DNA of 64,000 bases from an uncultured Candidatus Rokubacteria bacterium (GTDB lineage: Bacteria > Methylomirabilota > Methylomirabilia > Rokubacteriales > CSP1-6). This document shows, piece after piece, positions 12,324 through 22,038 of this stretch (position 1 is its first letter; every line of letters starts with the position of its first letter). Made by a program: the position numbers and the translations under genes. The DNA lies in the NCBI GenBank assembly GCA_963789955.1, contig CAWBMV010000003.1, forward strand, positions 1-64,000. The letters are read 5' to 3'. Below the pieces are notes generated by a model. It searched no databases, was not told the DNA's origin, and worked only from the letters and a program-made list of their open reading frames with translations.

Positions 12324-13432
12324 TCAGCCCGCGAAGATCGCCTCCGGAATCAGGGCCGACACGACGTAGTTCGGCACGTCGACCACGTTGCTGATCCGAA
12401 GGTCGGCCGCCACGCTGCAGAGCACGTAGGCCTGCTCGCGGCTCCAGCCTCGTTCCTGGAGCAGGTCGATCATGTTGAGCAGCGCGTTGCGGCAGGCGAG
12501 CGTCAGGTTTTCCCCTTCGTTCACGCCGTCGTCGCGGATCGGCATGCCCATGGCGGCGACGAAGCCGCGCGGCGACGCCCATTCCGGCGGGGCGAAGTAG
12601 CCGGCGTGGGAGAAGCGCGGCCCGCGGAGTGCGCGATTCGCCGCGGTGCCCTTGATGACCTTGAAGCGAACCGACGCCGTCGCGCCCATCTCGACGGCGG
12701 TCACGCAGACCTCGCCGTCGCCCTGAGCGAAGTGGCCGTCGCCGGTCGAGAACAGGCCGCCTTCGACGGCGACCGGCAAGAGCAGCTTCGAGCCCTTCGT
12801 GAGTTGCTTCACGTCGAAATTCCCGCCGTTCTCGCGGGGCGGCAAGGTCCTGAGGCCCTCGGTGGCCACGGCGCCGCGGCTCGGAACGGCTCCGCTCGCG
12901 TCCGGGGGAAACACCATGCCGCCGCGGGACATCAGCTCGTTCTCGCGCGCGGTCCACGTGCGCATCTGAGCCGCCGACGGCGCGACGCCGGATACGCCCA
13001 TGAACGGCGCGCCCGGAATGCGCACACCCGGTAGCTTCGGCGACGTCGCCCAGCCGTCGCGGATCTGCCAGTGCACCAGGAGGGCGTCGTGAACACGTCG
13101 CGCAGGAAGCCGAGCCCCGGCACGATCGCGGTGAAGGCGAAGGGCTGGGGCGCGATGTCGAGGAACTCGATCTCGAGCACGTCACCCGGGTGAGCACCCT
13201 TCACGAAGACCGGACCGGTGAGGGGATGGATCGCGCCGGCTTCCATCTTGGCCATGTCCGCCTCGGTGGTGCCGGGGCCGAGCTGGCCGTCGACGCCGTC
13301 GCGCGTCGCCAGGACCACCTCTTCGCCCTCGTCCACGGTGACGAGTGGCGGAATGTCCGGATGGAACCGGTTGTGGCCGGTGGTCGGCTGATCTCTCAGA
13401 CGCTTACCGCGGTCGATCTCGACGCTCTTCAT
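12324..13432 (-). CDS. Acetamidase/formamidase family protein (one frameshift near 13080)
   Basis: GHNRFHPDIP, HPLTGPVFV, PRENGGNFD, GDGHFAQGDGEV. Confidence 0.9.
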
Positions 13433-13463
13433 GGGCCGCCCTCCTGTAAACTACGGAGCCATC

Positions 13464-14475
13464 ATGACCGACAAGCCTGCGCACGTCTACGTCATCCTGG
13501 GAAACGCCCCGTGGGATTTCGCCGATTGCCAGACGGCGCTGAACAGTGTCCCGGCGCGCATGGTCTCGCTGTCGCCGTTCGAGGGCGAGGACGACATGAT
13601 CGGGCGCACGCGCGACGCCGACGCGCTCGTCGTCTCGTCCGCGCCCGTCACGCGCGCGGTGATGAGCGCGCTCGAAGGCCTCAAGGTCGTCGTGCGCACC
13701 GGCGTCGGCTACGACGTCATCGACGTGCCGGCCGCGACCGAGCTGGGCGTGATCGTCGTCAACATCCCCGATCTCTGGATCCGCGAGGTCGCGAATCACG
13801 CGCTCGCGCTGCTCCTGGCCTGGAACCGCGGGGTCGTCGTCATGGACCGGCAGGTGCACGGCGGGCTGTGGGGCGGGAAGGTGCCCGGCAGCCACACTGG
13901 CGCGATCCACGGCGAAACGGTCGGCATCGTCGGCCTCGGCAACATCGGCAGCGCCTTCGCGCGGCGCGTGGCCGCGCTCGAGACGAAGGTCATCGCCTGC
14001 GATCCCTCACGTCGACGACAAGCACTTCGTGGCACTCGGGGTCGAGCGCGTCTCGCTCGAGGCGCTCGCCGAGCGATCCGACTACGTCTCGGTCCACACC
14101 TTGCTGAATGCCGAGACCCGCCACCTGATCGGCGAAGCGTTCTTCAAGCGCATGAAGCCCACCGCCATCCTGATCAATACGTCCCGCGGCCCGGTGGTCG
14201 ACGAGCAGGCGCTGGCCCGGGCCCTTCGCGACAAGCGTCTGGCCGGCGCGGCCCTCGACGTGTGGGAGCAGGAGCCGGTGACCAGCGACAACCCACTTCT
14301 ACACATGGAGAACGTCATCGCGACGCCCCATGCGGCGTACTTCTCGTCGGCCGCGGTGGCGCAGATCCCGCGGCGCTGCGGCGAGGAGGTCGCGCGCGTG
14401 CTCACCGGCCAGCGGCCGCTCAACGTGGTGAACCCCGAGGTCTACGCGGCGGGGGCGGTGCGCCGGGCGCACTGA
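13464..14475 (+). CDS. D-isomer-specific 2-hydroxyacid dehydrogenase (CtBP-like; frameshift near 14010)
   Basis: RTGVGYD, GIVGLGNIG, INTSRG, ALDVWEQEP, TPHAA. Confidence 0.88.
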
Positions 14476-14547
14476 CAGCGCCCATTACTGTGCTACGCTT
14501 CGCGCGCGCGCCGGCGAACGGCGCTACCCCACTAGCGAGGTGCAACA

Positions 14548-15316
14548 GTGCGACCGAACAAGATCAAGCAGATGTGGCGTGACGGGAAGTTCGTCACCCT
14601 GGGCTGGCTCTCCGTGTCCCACGGGTTCACCGCCGAGGTCATGGCGCGCCAGGGCTTCGACGCCCTCGTGCGTCGACATGCAGCACGGCACGACCGACAT
14701 GAACGACGTGTGGCCGATGCTGCAGGCGATCTCGCAGACCGACACGGTGCCGGTCGTGCGGGTGCCGTGGAACGATCCGCCGACGATCATGAAGGCGCTC
14801 GACCTCGGCGCCTACGCGATCATCGTGCCGCTGATCAACACGGCCGACGACGCGGCGAAGGCCGTGGCCGCGTGCCGCTATCCGCCGGTCGGCATGCGCT
14901 CGTCCGGGCCGGTGCGCGCCGTGCATTACGGCGGCGCCGACTACCTGGCGAAGGCCAACGACGAGATCGTGGTCATGGCGATGATCGAGACGAAGGAAGG
15001 CCTCGCCAACCTCGACAAGATCTGCGCCACGCCCGGGCTCGACGCCGTGTACATCGGCCCGTCCGATCTCTCGTTCGCGCTCGGGCTGGCGCCGCGCGGC
15101 GACAACCCGGAGCCGGTGCATCTCGCCACCTGCGACAAGATCCGCGATGCGGCGCACAAGCACGGCATCAAGGCGGTCATGCACTGCGCGAGCGCGACGT
15201 TCGCCGCCGGCGCTGTGAAGCGCGGCTTCGACATGGTCATGCTCACCTCGGACCTGGCCTCGATGATCGCGGGCGCCCGCCGGCAGCTCGACGATCTGAA
15301 GGCCGCGACCGCGTGA
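14548..15316 (+). CDS. HpcH/HpaI aldolase family protein (frameshift near 14670)
   Basis: DMQHG, VRVPWN, LDLGA, YPPVGMRS, MIET, YIGPSDLS. Confidence 0.88.
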
Positions 15317-15317
15317 G

Positions 15318-16445
15318 ATGAAGGAGGTCCCGGCGCGCCCGACCGTGCTCGAGGTCGATGTCGACGCCGCGGCGCACAACGTACGCGCGGTGCGCCAGCT
15401 CGTCGGGCCCGAGCGCAAGATCTTCGCCGTCATCAAGGCGGGCGGCTACGGATTCGGCGCCGCCGAGATGGGCGCGGTGTTCGCTCGCAACGGCGCCGAC
15501 TGGCTCGGCGTGGCCGATCTGGCCGAGGGCATCCGGCTCCGGCAGCGTGGGATCTCGACGCCGGTCCTCGTCTATCCGAACTCGTTGCCGTCGGCCGCTC
15601 CCGAGGCGTTCGCCAACCGCCTCGTGCCGAGTCTCGTCGATCTCGAGTCGGCCCGTGCCTACTCCGACGCGGCGAGCGGTCCGTGCGACTTCTTCGTCAA
15701 GGTCGACGTCGGGCTCGAACGACTGGGCGTGCCGCCGGAGCAGGCGGTGAAGACGATCCGCGCCATGCTCGACATGCCGCACCTGCGCCTGGCCGGCCTG
15801 TGCGCGCATCCCCACGCCGACTCCGGCGAGGATTCTTCGTACGCCGACTGGCAGCTCGGTCGATTCACCTCGGTCGTCGACGAGCTGGAAGCCCAGGGCG
15901 TCCGCGTGCCCGTTCGGCTCCTGGCCGCCACGCCGTTCGTCCTGCGCTTCCCGCACACGTACCTCAACGCCGTCGATCCGGGTCGGATGCTCTACGGGGT
16001 CATCATGCCCGGCGAGACACCGCCCGTTCCGCTCCGGCCGGCGTTTCGCGCGCTGAAGACTCACGTGGTCGCGCTGAAGGAGCTGATGCCGCGCGAGCGT
16101 TTCGCCGAGCGCGCGCCGTTCCCGGTCACGGCGCCGATGCGGCTCGGCGTGGTGCCGATCGGCTCCGCCGACGGCATGCTCTGGCTCAACGCGGGGCGCG
16201 TGCTCGTGCGGGGTCGGGCCGCGCCGATCGTCAGCTCGCCGTCGCTCGAGCACACGCGAATCGACCTGACCGGCATCCCCGATGCCGAGGTCGGCGACGA
16301 GGTCGTCATCATCGGCCGCCAGGGCGAGCTCGAGATCACGCCGGGCGAGGTGGCCGCGCGCCACGGTCTGGGCCTGCACAACGTGGCGCCGACCGTCGGC
16401 CCGCGCGTCGCCCGCATCTACCTGTCCGCTTCACTCGGAGGATAA
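15318..16445 (+). CDS. Alanine-racemase-family (fold type III PLP) enzyme with atypical active site
   Basis: AVIKAGGYG PLP lysine motif, KVDVGLERLG, PIGSADG, VGDEVVIIG; the catalytic Tyr segment is substituted (see findings). Confidence 0.85.
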   Translation: MKEVPARPTVLEVDVDAAAHNVRAVRQLVGPERKIFAVIKAGGYGFGAAEMGAVFARNGADWLGVADLAEGIRLRQRGISTPVLVYPNSLPSAAPEAFANRLVPSLVDLESARAYSDAASGPCDFFVKVDVGLERLGVPPEQAVKTIRAMLDMPHLRLAGLCAHPHADSGEDSSYADWQLGRFTSVVDELEAQGVRVPVRLLAATPFVLRFPHTYLNAVDPGRMLYGVIMPGETPPVPLRPAFRALKTHVVALKELMPRERFAERAPFPVTAPMRLGVVPIGSADGMLWLNAGRVLVRGRAAPIVSSPSLEHTRIDLTGIPDAEVGDEVVIIGRQGELEITPGEVAARHGLGLHNVAPTVGPRVARIYLSASLGG

Positions 16446-16447
16446 CC

Positions 16448-17485
16448 ATGCGCTACCGTGCGTTCGGTCGGACCGGGCTGCGAGTGTCGGTGCTGGGCTT
16501 CGGCTGCTGGCCGATGGCCGGCGACCGTTATGGAGCGATCGAGGACGACGAGGCCGTCAAGGCCATCCATCGAGCACTCGACCGGGGCGTGAACTGCGTG
16601 GACACCGCCCCGGCCTACGGCGGCGGCCACTCCGAAGAAGTCGTGGCCCGCGCGCTCGAGAAGACCCGGCGCGACGTGATCCTCGTGACCAAGTGTGGCG
16701 TCAAGCCGCCGCCGCCGGGCCAGCTCGGGCCGATGCGCGACGCGAGCCGCGCCAACATCATGCGTGAGGTCGACGCCAGCCTGAAGCGCCTGCGGACCGA
16801 CTTCATCGACGTGCTGCTGGTGCACTGGCCGGACGCGAGCACGCCGGTCGACGAGACGATGCGCGCGCTCGAAGAGGTCGTGGGCTCCGGCCGTGTCCGC
16901 TTCGTCGGCGTGTCGAACTTCACCGGCGCGATGATCAACGATTGCCTGCGCACCCGCCGGGTCGACGTGTCGCAGGTGGGCTATCACATGCTCGACCGGC
17001 GGCAGGAGCACGAGACGTTCCCGACCTGCCTGACGAACGGCATCGGCGTCATGGGCTACGGCTCGCTCGCCCACGGCCTCCTCACCGGCGCCTTCACCAC
17101 CGCGACGAACTTCGGTGATCCGTCTCGCGACTGGCGAGGCGGCGGCGTGGCCTTCGGCCAGCCGATCTTCCGCGGCGAGAATCTGAAGACCAACGTCGGC
17201 GTGGTCGAGCGCCTGCGCCGCGAAGTGGCCGAGCCGCGGGGTGTGCCGCTGAGCCAGATCGCGCTGGCGTGGGTGCTCGGCAATCCTGCGCTCAGCACCG
17301 CGCTGGTCGGCGCGCGGACGCCGGCCGAGGTCGATGCGAACGATGCGGGAACCGAGATCGACCTGACGCCGGCCGAGCGCGCCAAGATCGAGACGATCCT
17401 GGCCGGCGCCGCCGGTCGCGTCAAAGAGTTCACACCGCTGCGACCCGCGATGGAGCCGTGGGGCGAGGAGATTCCCGCTCGATGA
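16448..17485 (+). CDS. Aldo/keto reductase
   Basis: LGFGCW, DTAPAYG, SLKRLRTDFID, VHWPD, GVSNF; RBS GGAGG upstream of ATG 16448. Confidence 0.92.
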   Translation: MRYRAFGRTGLRVSVLGFGCWPMAGDRYGAIEDDEAVKAIHRALDRGVNCVDTAPAYGGGHSEEVVARALEKTRRDVILVTKCGVKPPPPGQLGPMRDASRANIMREVDASLKRLRTDFIDVLLVHWPDASTPVDETMRALEEVVGSGRVRFVGVSNFTGAMINDCLRTRRVDVSQVGYHMLDRRQEHETFPTCLTNGIGVMGYGSLAHGLLTGAFTTATNFGDPSRDWRGGGVAFGQPIFRGENLKTNVGVVERLRREVAEPRGVPLSQIALAWVLGNPALSTALVGARTPAEVDANDAGTEIDLTPAERAKIETILAGAAGRVKEFTPLRPAMEPWGEEIPAR

Positions 17486-18363
17486 AGCTCGGGTTCTCGC
17501 TCCTCAACAACTGGGGGATCGCCGACGCGCAGGCGCTCGTCGATCTCGCGTGCCGGGCGGAGGAAGTCGGCGTCGACTCGGTCTGGGTGCACGATCACGT
17601 CTTCAACGTGGGCCACGTCTTCGACCGGATCGGCGGCAAGCCGTACTACGAGCCGCTGACGCTCCTGACCTTCGTCGCGGCGCGGACGCGGCGGGTGCGC
17701 CTGGGCACCTCGGTGCTCGTGCTCCCGTACCACAACCCCGTCCGGCTCGCGAAGGCGGCGGCGACGCTCGACGTCCTGAGCGGCGGCCGCCTGATCATGG
17801 GCGTGGGCGTCGGGCTCATCGAGAAAGAGATCCGCGCGATGGGAAGCCCCTACGCCGAGCGCGGCGCCTTCACGGACGAGGCCATCGCGGTCATGCGCGC
17901 CCTGTGGACTCACGACGAGCCGAAGTTCGACGGCCGGTATTCTCGCTTCGACGGAATGAAGTTCTCACCCAAGCCTCTGCAGAAGCCGTCGATCCCCATC
18001 GTGATCGGGGGAGTCAGCCGCCCGGCCATCCGTCGCGCGGCGCGGTTCGGCGACGGCTGGCAGCCGCTCGGGATGCCGCCCGACGCGCTCGGGCAGGGGA
18101 TCGCGACGCTCCGGGAGGAAGCGCGGGCCGCCGGTCGGGACGCCGCGAAGATCCCGGTGTCGATCGCGATGTCGCTGGCCGCGGCGAGGGCGGGCCGGCA
18201 CGCGCTCGGCACCAAGCCGGCCGAGATCATCCAGAACGCGAAGGCCTACGCGAGCCTCGGCGTCGAGACCTTGATCATCTCGGCCAACACGAGCGAGCCG
18301 AGCGAGGCACGTGCCGCGCTCGAGATGATCGCGCGCGACGTGGCGCCCGCGCTCGCGGGTTAG
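17482..18363 (+). CDS. LLM class (probably F420-dependent) oxidoreductase
   Basis: DSVWVHDH, LGTSVLVLP, AKAAATLDVLSGGRL, PKPLQ; start overlaps the AKR stop. Confidence 0.88.
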   Translation: MKLGFSLLNNWGIADAQALVDLACRAEEVGVDSVWVHDHVFNVGHVFDRIGGKPYYEPLTLLTFVAARTRRVRLGTSVLVLPYHNPVRLAKAAATLDVLSGGRLIMGVGVGLIEKEIRAMGSPYAERGAFTDEAIAVMRALWTHDEPKFDGRYSRFDGMKFSPKPLQKPSIPIVIGGVSRPAIRRAARFGDGWQPLGMPPDALGQGIATLREEARAAGRDAAKIPVSIAMSLAAARAGRHALGTKPAEIIQNAKAYASLGVETLIISANTSEPSEARAALEMIARDVAPALAG

Positions 18364-18395
18364 TCCGCGCGAATGGCTGTGAGAGTTGCCGAGCC

Positions 18396-18812
18396 GTGAA
18401 CGCGTTCGTCTACCACGTCCAGATCAACGTCGGTGACCCGGGCGCGATCGCGTTTTATCGGGCGCTCTTCGGGTTTCTCGACTACCGCCTGATGGTCGAG
18501 CGCGACGACGTCCTCGGCGCATCGAACGGCACGACTGATTTCTGGATGGTCGCCACGGCGCCCGCCCGTCGCGGCGCCCGCTTCCACAGAAAGCATACCG
18601 GCCTCAATCACGTCTGCTTCGGCGTGCGCGAGCGAAGCGAAGTGGATCGTCTCGTCGCCGAGTTCATGAGGCCGCGATCCATCGCGGCGCTCTACGACTC
18701 GCCGCGGGAGTTCCCAGAGTATCGGCCCGGCTACTACGCAGTGTTCTTCGAGGATCCCGATCGTCTCAAGATCGAAGTCGCGCACGTCCCGGGCGTCACG
18801 GATCGACGCTGA
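18396..18812 (+). CDS. VOC/glyoxalase family protein
   Basis: YHVQINV, GLNHVCF, YYAVFFEDPDRLKIE. Confidence 0.85.
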   Translation: MNAFVYHVQINVGDPGAIAFYRALFGFLDYRLMVERDDVLGASNGTTDFWMVATAPARRGARFHRKHTGLNHVCFGVRERSEVDRLVAEFMRPRSIAALYDSPREFPEYRPGYYAVFFEDPDRLKIEVAHVPGVTDRR

Positions 18813-18865
18813 GCCGCAGGACGCGCGCTACGCTCGTCCATGTCCGCTCGACTGCAGAGTTATCC
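18810..18865 (-). mobile_element. Truncated attC-like site of the second gene cassette
   Basis: Minus strand GGATAAC-TCTGCAGTC-GAGCGGACATGGACG...CGTCCTGCGGCTCA: R''-like end plus imperfect inverted repeat; the R' GTTRRRY end is absent. Confidence 0.6.
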
Positions 18866-18883
18866 AGCCCACGGTATCGCGCG

Positions 18884-19437
18884 TCATGCTGAGGCATGCA
18901 CACGATTCGACTCCTCGAAGAGCGCGAGCAACCGCTTGACGTCATAGGGCTCTTCCAACAGGCATTCCGGGTCCCACTGACTGTGTGTTGCCGCGAAGAA
19001 GTCGCCGCCATACACGTGAATCGCGCCTGTCAGCCGGCTGATAGGATTGATGACGGAGTGGATGATGTCGGGGCCGAGAGGCACCGCCTCCCGCTCACTG
19101 AGGGCTTTGGCGCCTGCAGCCTCGATCCTGCCCGTCGGAACCCCTGCTCGCCGCCGCCAGAAGATGTTGTCCTCACGGCCCGTATAGATCCGATGACGGC
19201 CCACATCTGATGATCATGAGGTAATTGGCACATCTGCGGTCCCCAGATCAGGTTGAAGATGGTGAGATCCGGCGATCGATAGAGCACGTTGACCCCCGCA
19301 CGGCGCGGCTCGCCCAGGACATGAAGGATTTCTGCGGGAGTGGCAACGGCGGCGGAGACGACGTCGAGTACCCCGGGCGGCCCGCTGGCGCGACCGGCCT
19401 CTCGGCAATCGGCGATGAAACGGTCCGTCTCGAACAT
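18884..19437 (-). CDS. Cysteine-dioxygenase-like cupin metalloprotein, probable cassette gene (frameshift near 19190)
   Basis: LYRSPDLTIFNLIW, PHDH, IYTGREDN, IHSVINP, AIHVYGGDF; AGGAG RBS. Confidence 0.8.
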
Positions 19438-19511
19438 AGAGAGCCTCTCCTTCTCCAATCCACGAAGTCATTTCTCGGCTCAGGATTCAGCTGATCTATC
19501 CACCGCCGTCT

Positions 19512-19589
19512 GCATAACGCTTGAGTTCACCCGCGTGCGCAAGCGGGCGAAGCCCGCTGTAGCAGGTCGGGTGCGACCAAGGGTTAGGC
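19512..19589 (-). mobile_element. Integron attC site (78 bp)
   Basis: Minus strand GCCTAAC (R'', contains the stop of the upstream ORF) ... CACCCG ... AGCGGGCTTCGCCCGCT central hairpin ... CGGGTG ... GTTATGC (R'). Confidence 0.85.
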
Positions 19590-19970
19590 GTGGCGCTTTG
19601 CCGCATTGAGCAAACGGTGAAGAAGCGCATTGGCATTGCAAGCAGCGGCATCGAACTCACGGATGGTCACTTCGACCTCTGCGACGGGCCACTTCATGTC
19701 AGGCAAAGGACGATCGATCCGTGCTTGGTAGTTCAGAATCTGCGCGCTGTCATGATCCGTTATTGGATGGGCGTGGATGAGCGCATTCCGCTTTTCAACT
19801 AGGCGAGCGAACTCATCGTGGCAGGCCTGCAACTCTGCCTTCGGTACGACTGCATAGGCGGTCTGCTGATCAGCAAGAACCGCCTCAAGCTCTCTCTTGA
19901 CCACGCCGGAAGTCATCGGTGCCCCGCGGCAGTATCTTCCTACAAACCCTGCCTTGTACTGCTGGATCAA
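19584..19970 (-). CDS. Hypothetical protein in an integron cassette (probably 5'-truncated)
   Basis: Visibly lower-GC ORF (KRNALIHAHP) whose TAA lies within R''; the frame is open upstream of the TTG as GYYEWAIIY. Confidence 0.7.
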   Translation of the reverse strand: MIQQYKAGFVGRYCRGAPMTSGVVKRELEAVLADQQTAYAVVPKAELQACHDEFARLVEKRNALIHAHPITDHDSAQILNYQARIDRPLPDMKWPVAEVEVTIREFDAAACNANALLHRLLNAAKRHA

Positions 19971-19996
19971 GTAGATGATCGCCCACTCGTAATAGC

Positions 19997-20905
19997 CTAG
20001 TCTCCGTACCCGGGCTTCGACGCGAACCCTGCGCGGCGAAGATCGAGCGATAGCCCACCTGATCCCAGCGCGGCGGCAGGCGAGCCGGATACGGCTCCAT
20101 GTGCACGTGCAGGGGCTCCTGCCCGCGCACCAGCACGCCCGTCTTCGACGTGGGCGCAGGCGTCGGCGTCATCGGGAGCGCGTCGGCCGACGCGTACACG
20201 TTGAGGAGCAGCGGCCGCATTCGCGACGAGTAGTTGGCGGCCGAGCCGTGCACGACGCGGCAGTGGAGGAGCACGACGGTGCCGGCCGGCCCGCACATGT
20301 CGAGTCGCCGTGGTCGATCGGGCAATGTCGCGGTGTCGCGCGCGGTCAGAGAGCCGGTCCAGCGGCCGTCGTCGTCGAACTGGTCGAAGATCGGCCCGCG
20401 GTGGGTGCCCGGTAGGGCCGTGAGCGGGCCCTGCTCGGGGCCGGTGTCCTCGAGGTAGACGCCGAAGGTCAGCACGCTGAAGTTCGTGTGCGGCCAGGCC
20501 TGGATGTCCTGATGCCAGCGCACGGCGTCGCCGCCGTCGGACCACTTGAAGTTGAGCTTCGAGCTGTGGAATCGGATATCCGGCCCGAGCAAGTCCGCGA
20601 CGAGATCGACGACCGACGGGTCCTGCGCGAACGCCCATAGCTCGGGATGCTGGTCCACGGCCTTGCGCAGCCGCCGGATGTTCGGCTTCTCGGCCGTGTG
20701 ATCCGGCGCCAGGTCGAACTGATCGTCGGAGGCCGCGAGCGCCCGCGACTCGTCGATCTTCGTGTCCACGACCGCGCGGAGCCGACCGAAGCCACGCACT
20801 GCCGACGTAGCCGGGCACGGTGAGGAAGCCGTCCGCGAAGTACCGCTCGCGTGCGGCCCGATCGAGCACGAGCGGCGCGTGGTTCAGGACACGTTCAGGG
20901 GTCAC
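19997..20905 (-). CDS. Phytanoyl-CoA dioxygenase family (2OG/Fe) protein (frameshifted)
   Basis: YFADGF, WHQD, HGS and R motifs (VHGSAANYSSRMR). Confidence 0.85.
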   Translation of the reverse strand: MTPERVLNHAPLVLDRAARERYFADGFLTVPGYVGSAWLRSAPRGRGHEDRRVAGARGLRRSVRPGAGSHGREAEHPAAAQGRGPASRAMGVRAGPVGRRSRRGLARAGYPIPQLEAQLQVVRRRRRRALASGHPGLAAHELQRADLRRLPRGHRPRAGPAHGPTGHPPRADLRPVRRRRPLDRLSDRARHRDIARSTTATRHVRAGRHRRAPPLPRRARLGRQLLVANAAAAPQRVRVGRRAPDDADACAHVEDGRAGARAGAPARAHGAVSGSPAAALGSGGLSLDLRRAGFASKPGYGD

Positions 20906-20932
20906 TCTCGTCTCCTCGTCGTGTGCGCTTCG

Positions 20933-21251
20933 TCAGCCGATGAGCTCGTGCTCTTCGGTGATGAGCACCAGCCGGTCGCTGTGACTCGCGCGAGTGCGCC
21001 AGCGCCGTCCGCCCGGCGTCGGACGACCATGCGGCATCGAGCGCCGCGCGGTCGTCGAACCAGAGCTCGGCAATGCCATCCCACGGCTCGCGGCCCTCGT
21101 GCGACGTCGAGCCGGTGACCAGGCACACGCGATACTTTCTCAGATTCGGCAGCTTCTTGCCGTAGGCGACGTGCTCGTCGAGCCACCAGCGGTGGAAGCG
21201 CTCGCGGGTCCAGCTCGACGGGCGCCGGAGCAGGACGACCACTTTGATCAT
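20933..21251 (-). CDS. EthD-domain protein (frameshift near 3' end)
   Basis: MIKVVVLLRR..FHRWWLDEH..WDGIAELWFD. Confidence 0.8.
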
Positions 21252-22006
21252 TGCGCCAAGGCACCGCCGTCGATGACCAGCTCGCTGCCGGTCATGTAGG
21301 CCGACTCGTCCGACGCGAGATAGAGCACGAGCCTGACGACCTCGTCCACGGTGCCCATGCGTCCGAGCGGCACACGCTGCAAGCGCCGCTGGAGCACCTC
21401 GGGATCGGGCATCGCCGCGTGCAGCATCTCGGTGTCGATCGGGCCGGGATGCACGGAGTTGCAGCGGATCCGGTCCTGGGCGTGCTGGCTCGCCGTCACC
21501 TTGGTGAAGATGCGGATGGCGCCCTTGCTGGCGGCGTAGGCCGGCTCCTGGTGCAGCGACTGACCGATGCCGGCGACTGACGAGATGTTGACGATCGAGC
21601 CGCCGCCCACCCGGCGCATCTCCGGGATCGCGTACTTCGTGCCCAGGAACACGCCCTTGGCGTTCACGGCCATCACGCGATCCCACTCGGCGGCAGTGCG
21701 CTCCTCGATCGGGACCTTCGGGATGGTGATCGCGGCGTTGTTGATCAGGACGTCCAGACGGCCGTAGCGTCCGGTCGCGAGCTTGACGGCGTTCTGCCAG
21801 TCGGTCTCGCTCGTGACGTCGAGATGCACGTATGAGGCTTCACCACCGGCGGTGCGAATGGCGGCCTCGACCCGTTTGCCCTCTGCGTCCAGGATGTCAC
21901 CGAAGACGACCTTCGCGCCCTCGCGGGTGAACAGCTCGGCCTCCGCGGCACCCTGGCCGCGCGCGCCGCCACTGATCAGCGCGACCTTCCCATCGAGCTT
22001 TCCCAT
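21248..22006 (-). CDS. Short-chain dehydrogenase/reductase
   Basis: GGARGQG, NNA, NISS, YAASK. Confidence 0.92.
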   Translation of the reverse strand: MGKLDGKVALISGGARGQGAAEAELFTREGAKVVFGDILDAEGKRVEAAIRTAGGEASYVHLDVTSETDWQNAVKLATGRYGRLDVLINNAAITIPKVPIEERTAAEWDRVMAVNAKGVFLGTKYAIPEMRRVGGGSIVNISSVAGIGQSLHQEPAYAASKGAIRIFTKVTASQHAQDRIRCNSVHPGPIDTEMLHAAMPDPEVLQRRLQRVPLGRMGTVDEVVRLVLYLASDESAYMTGSELVIDGGALAQ

Positions 22007-22038
22007 GGCGATCTCCTTGATGTGGCCGGCGCGCGCCC

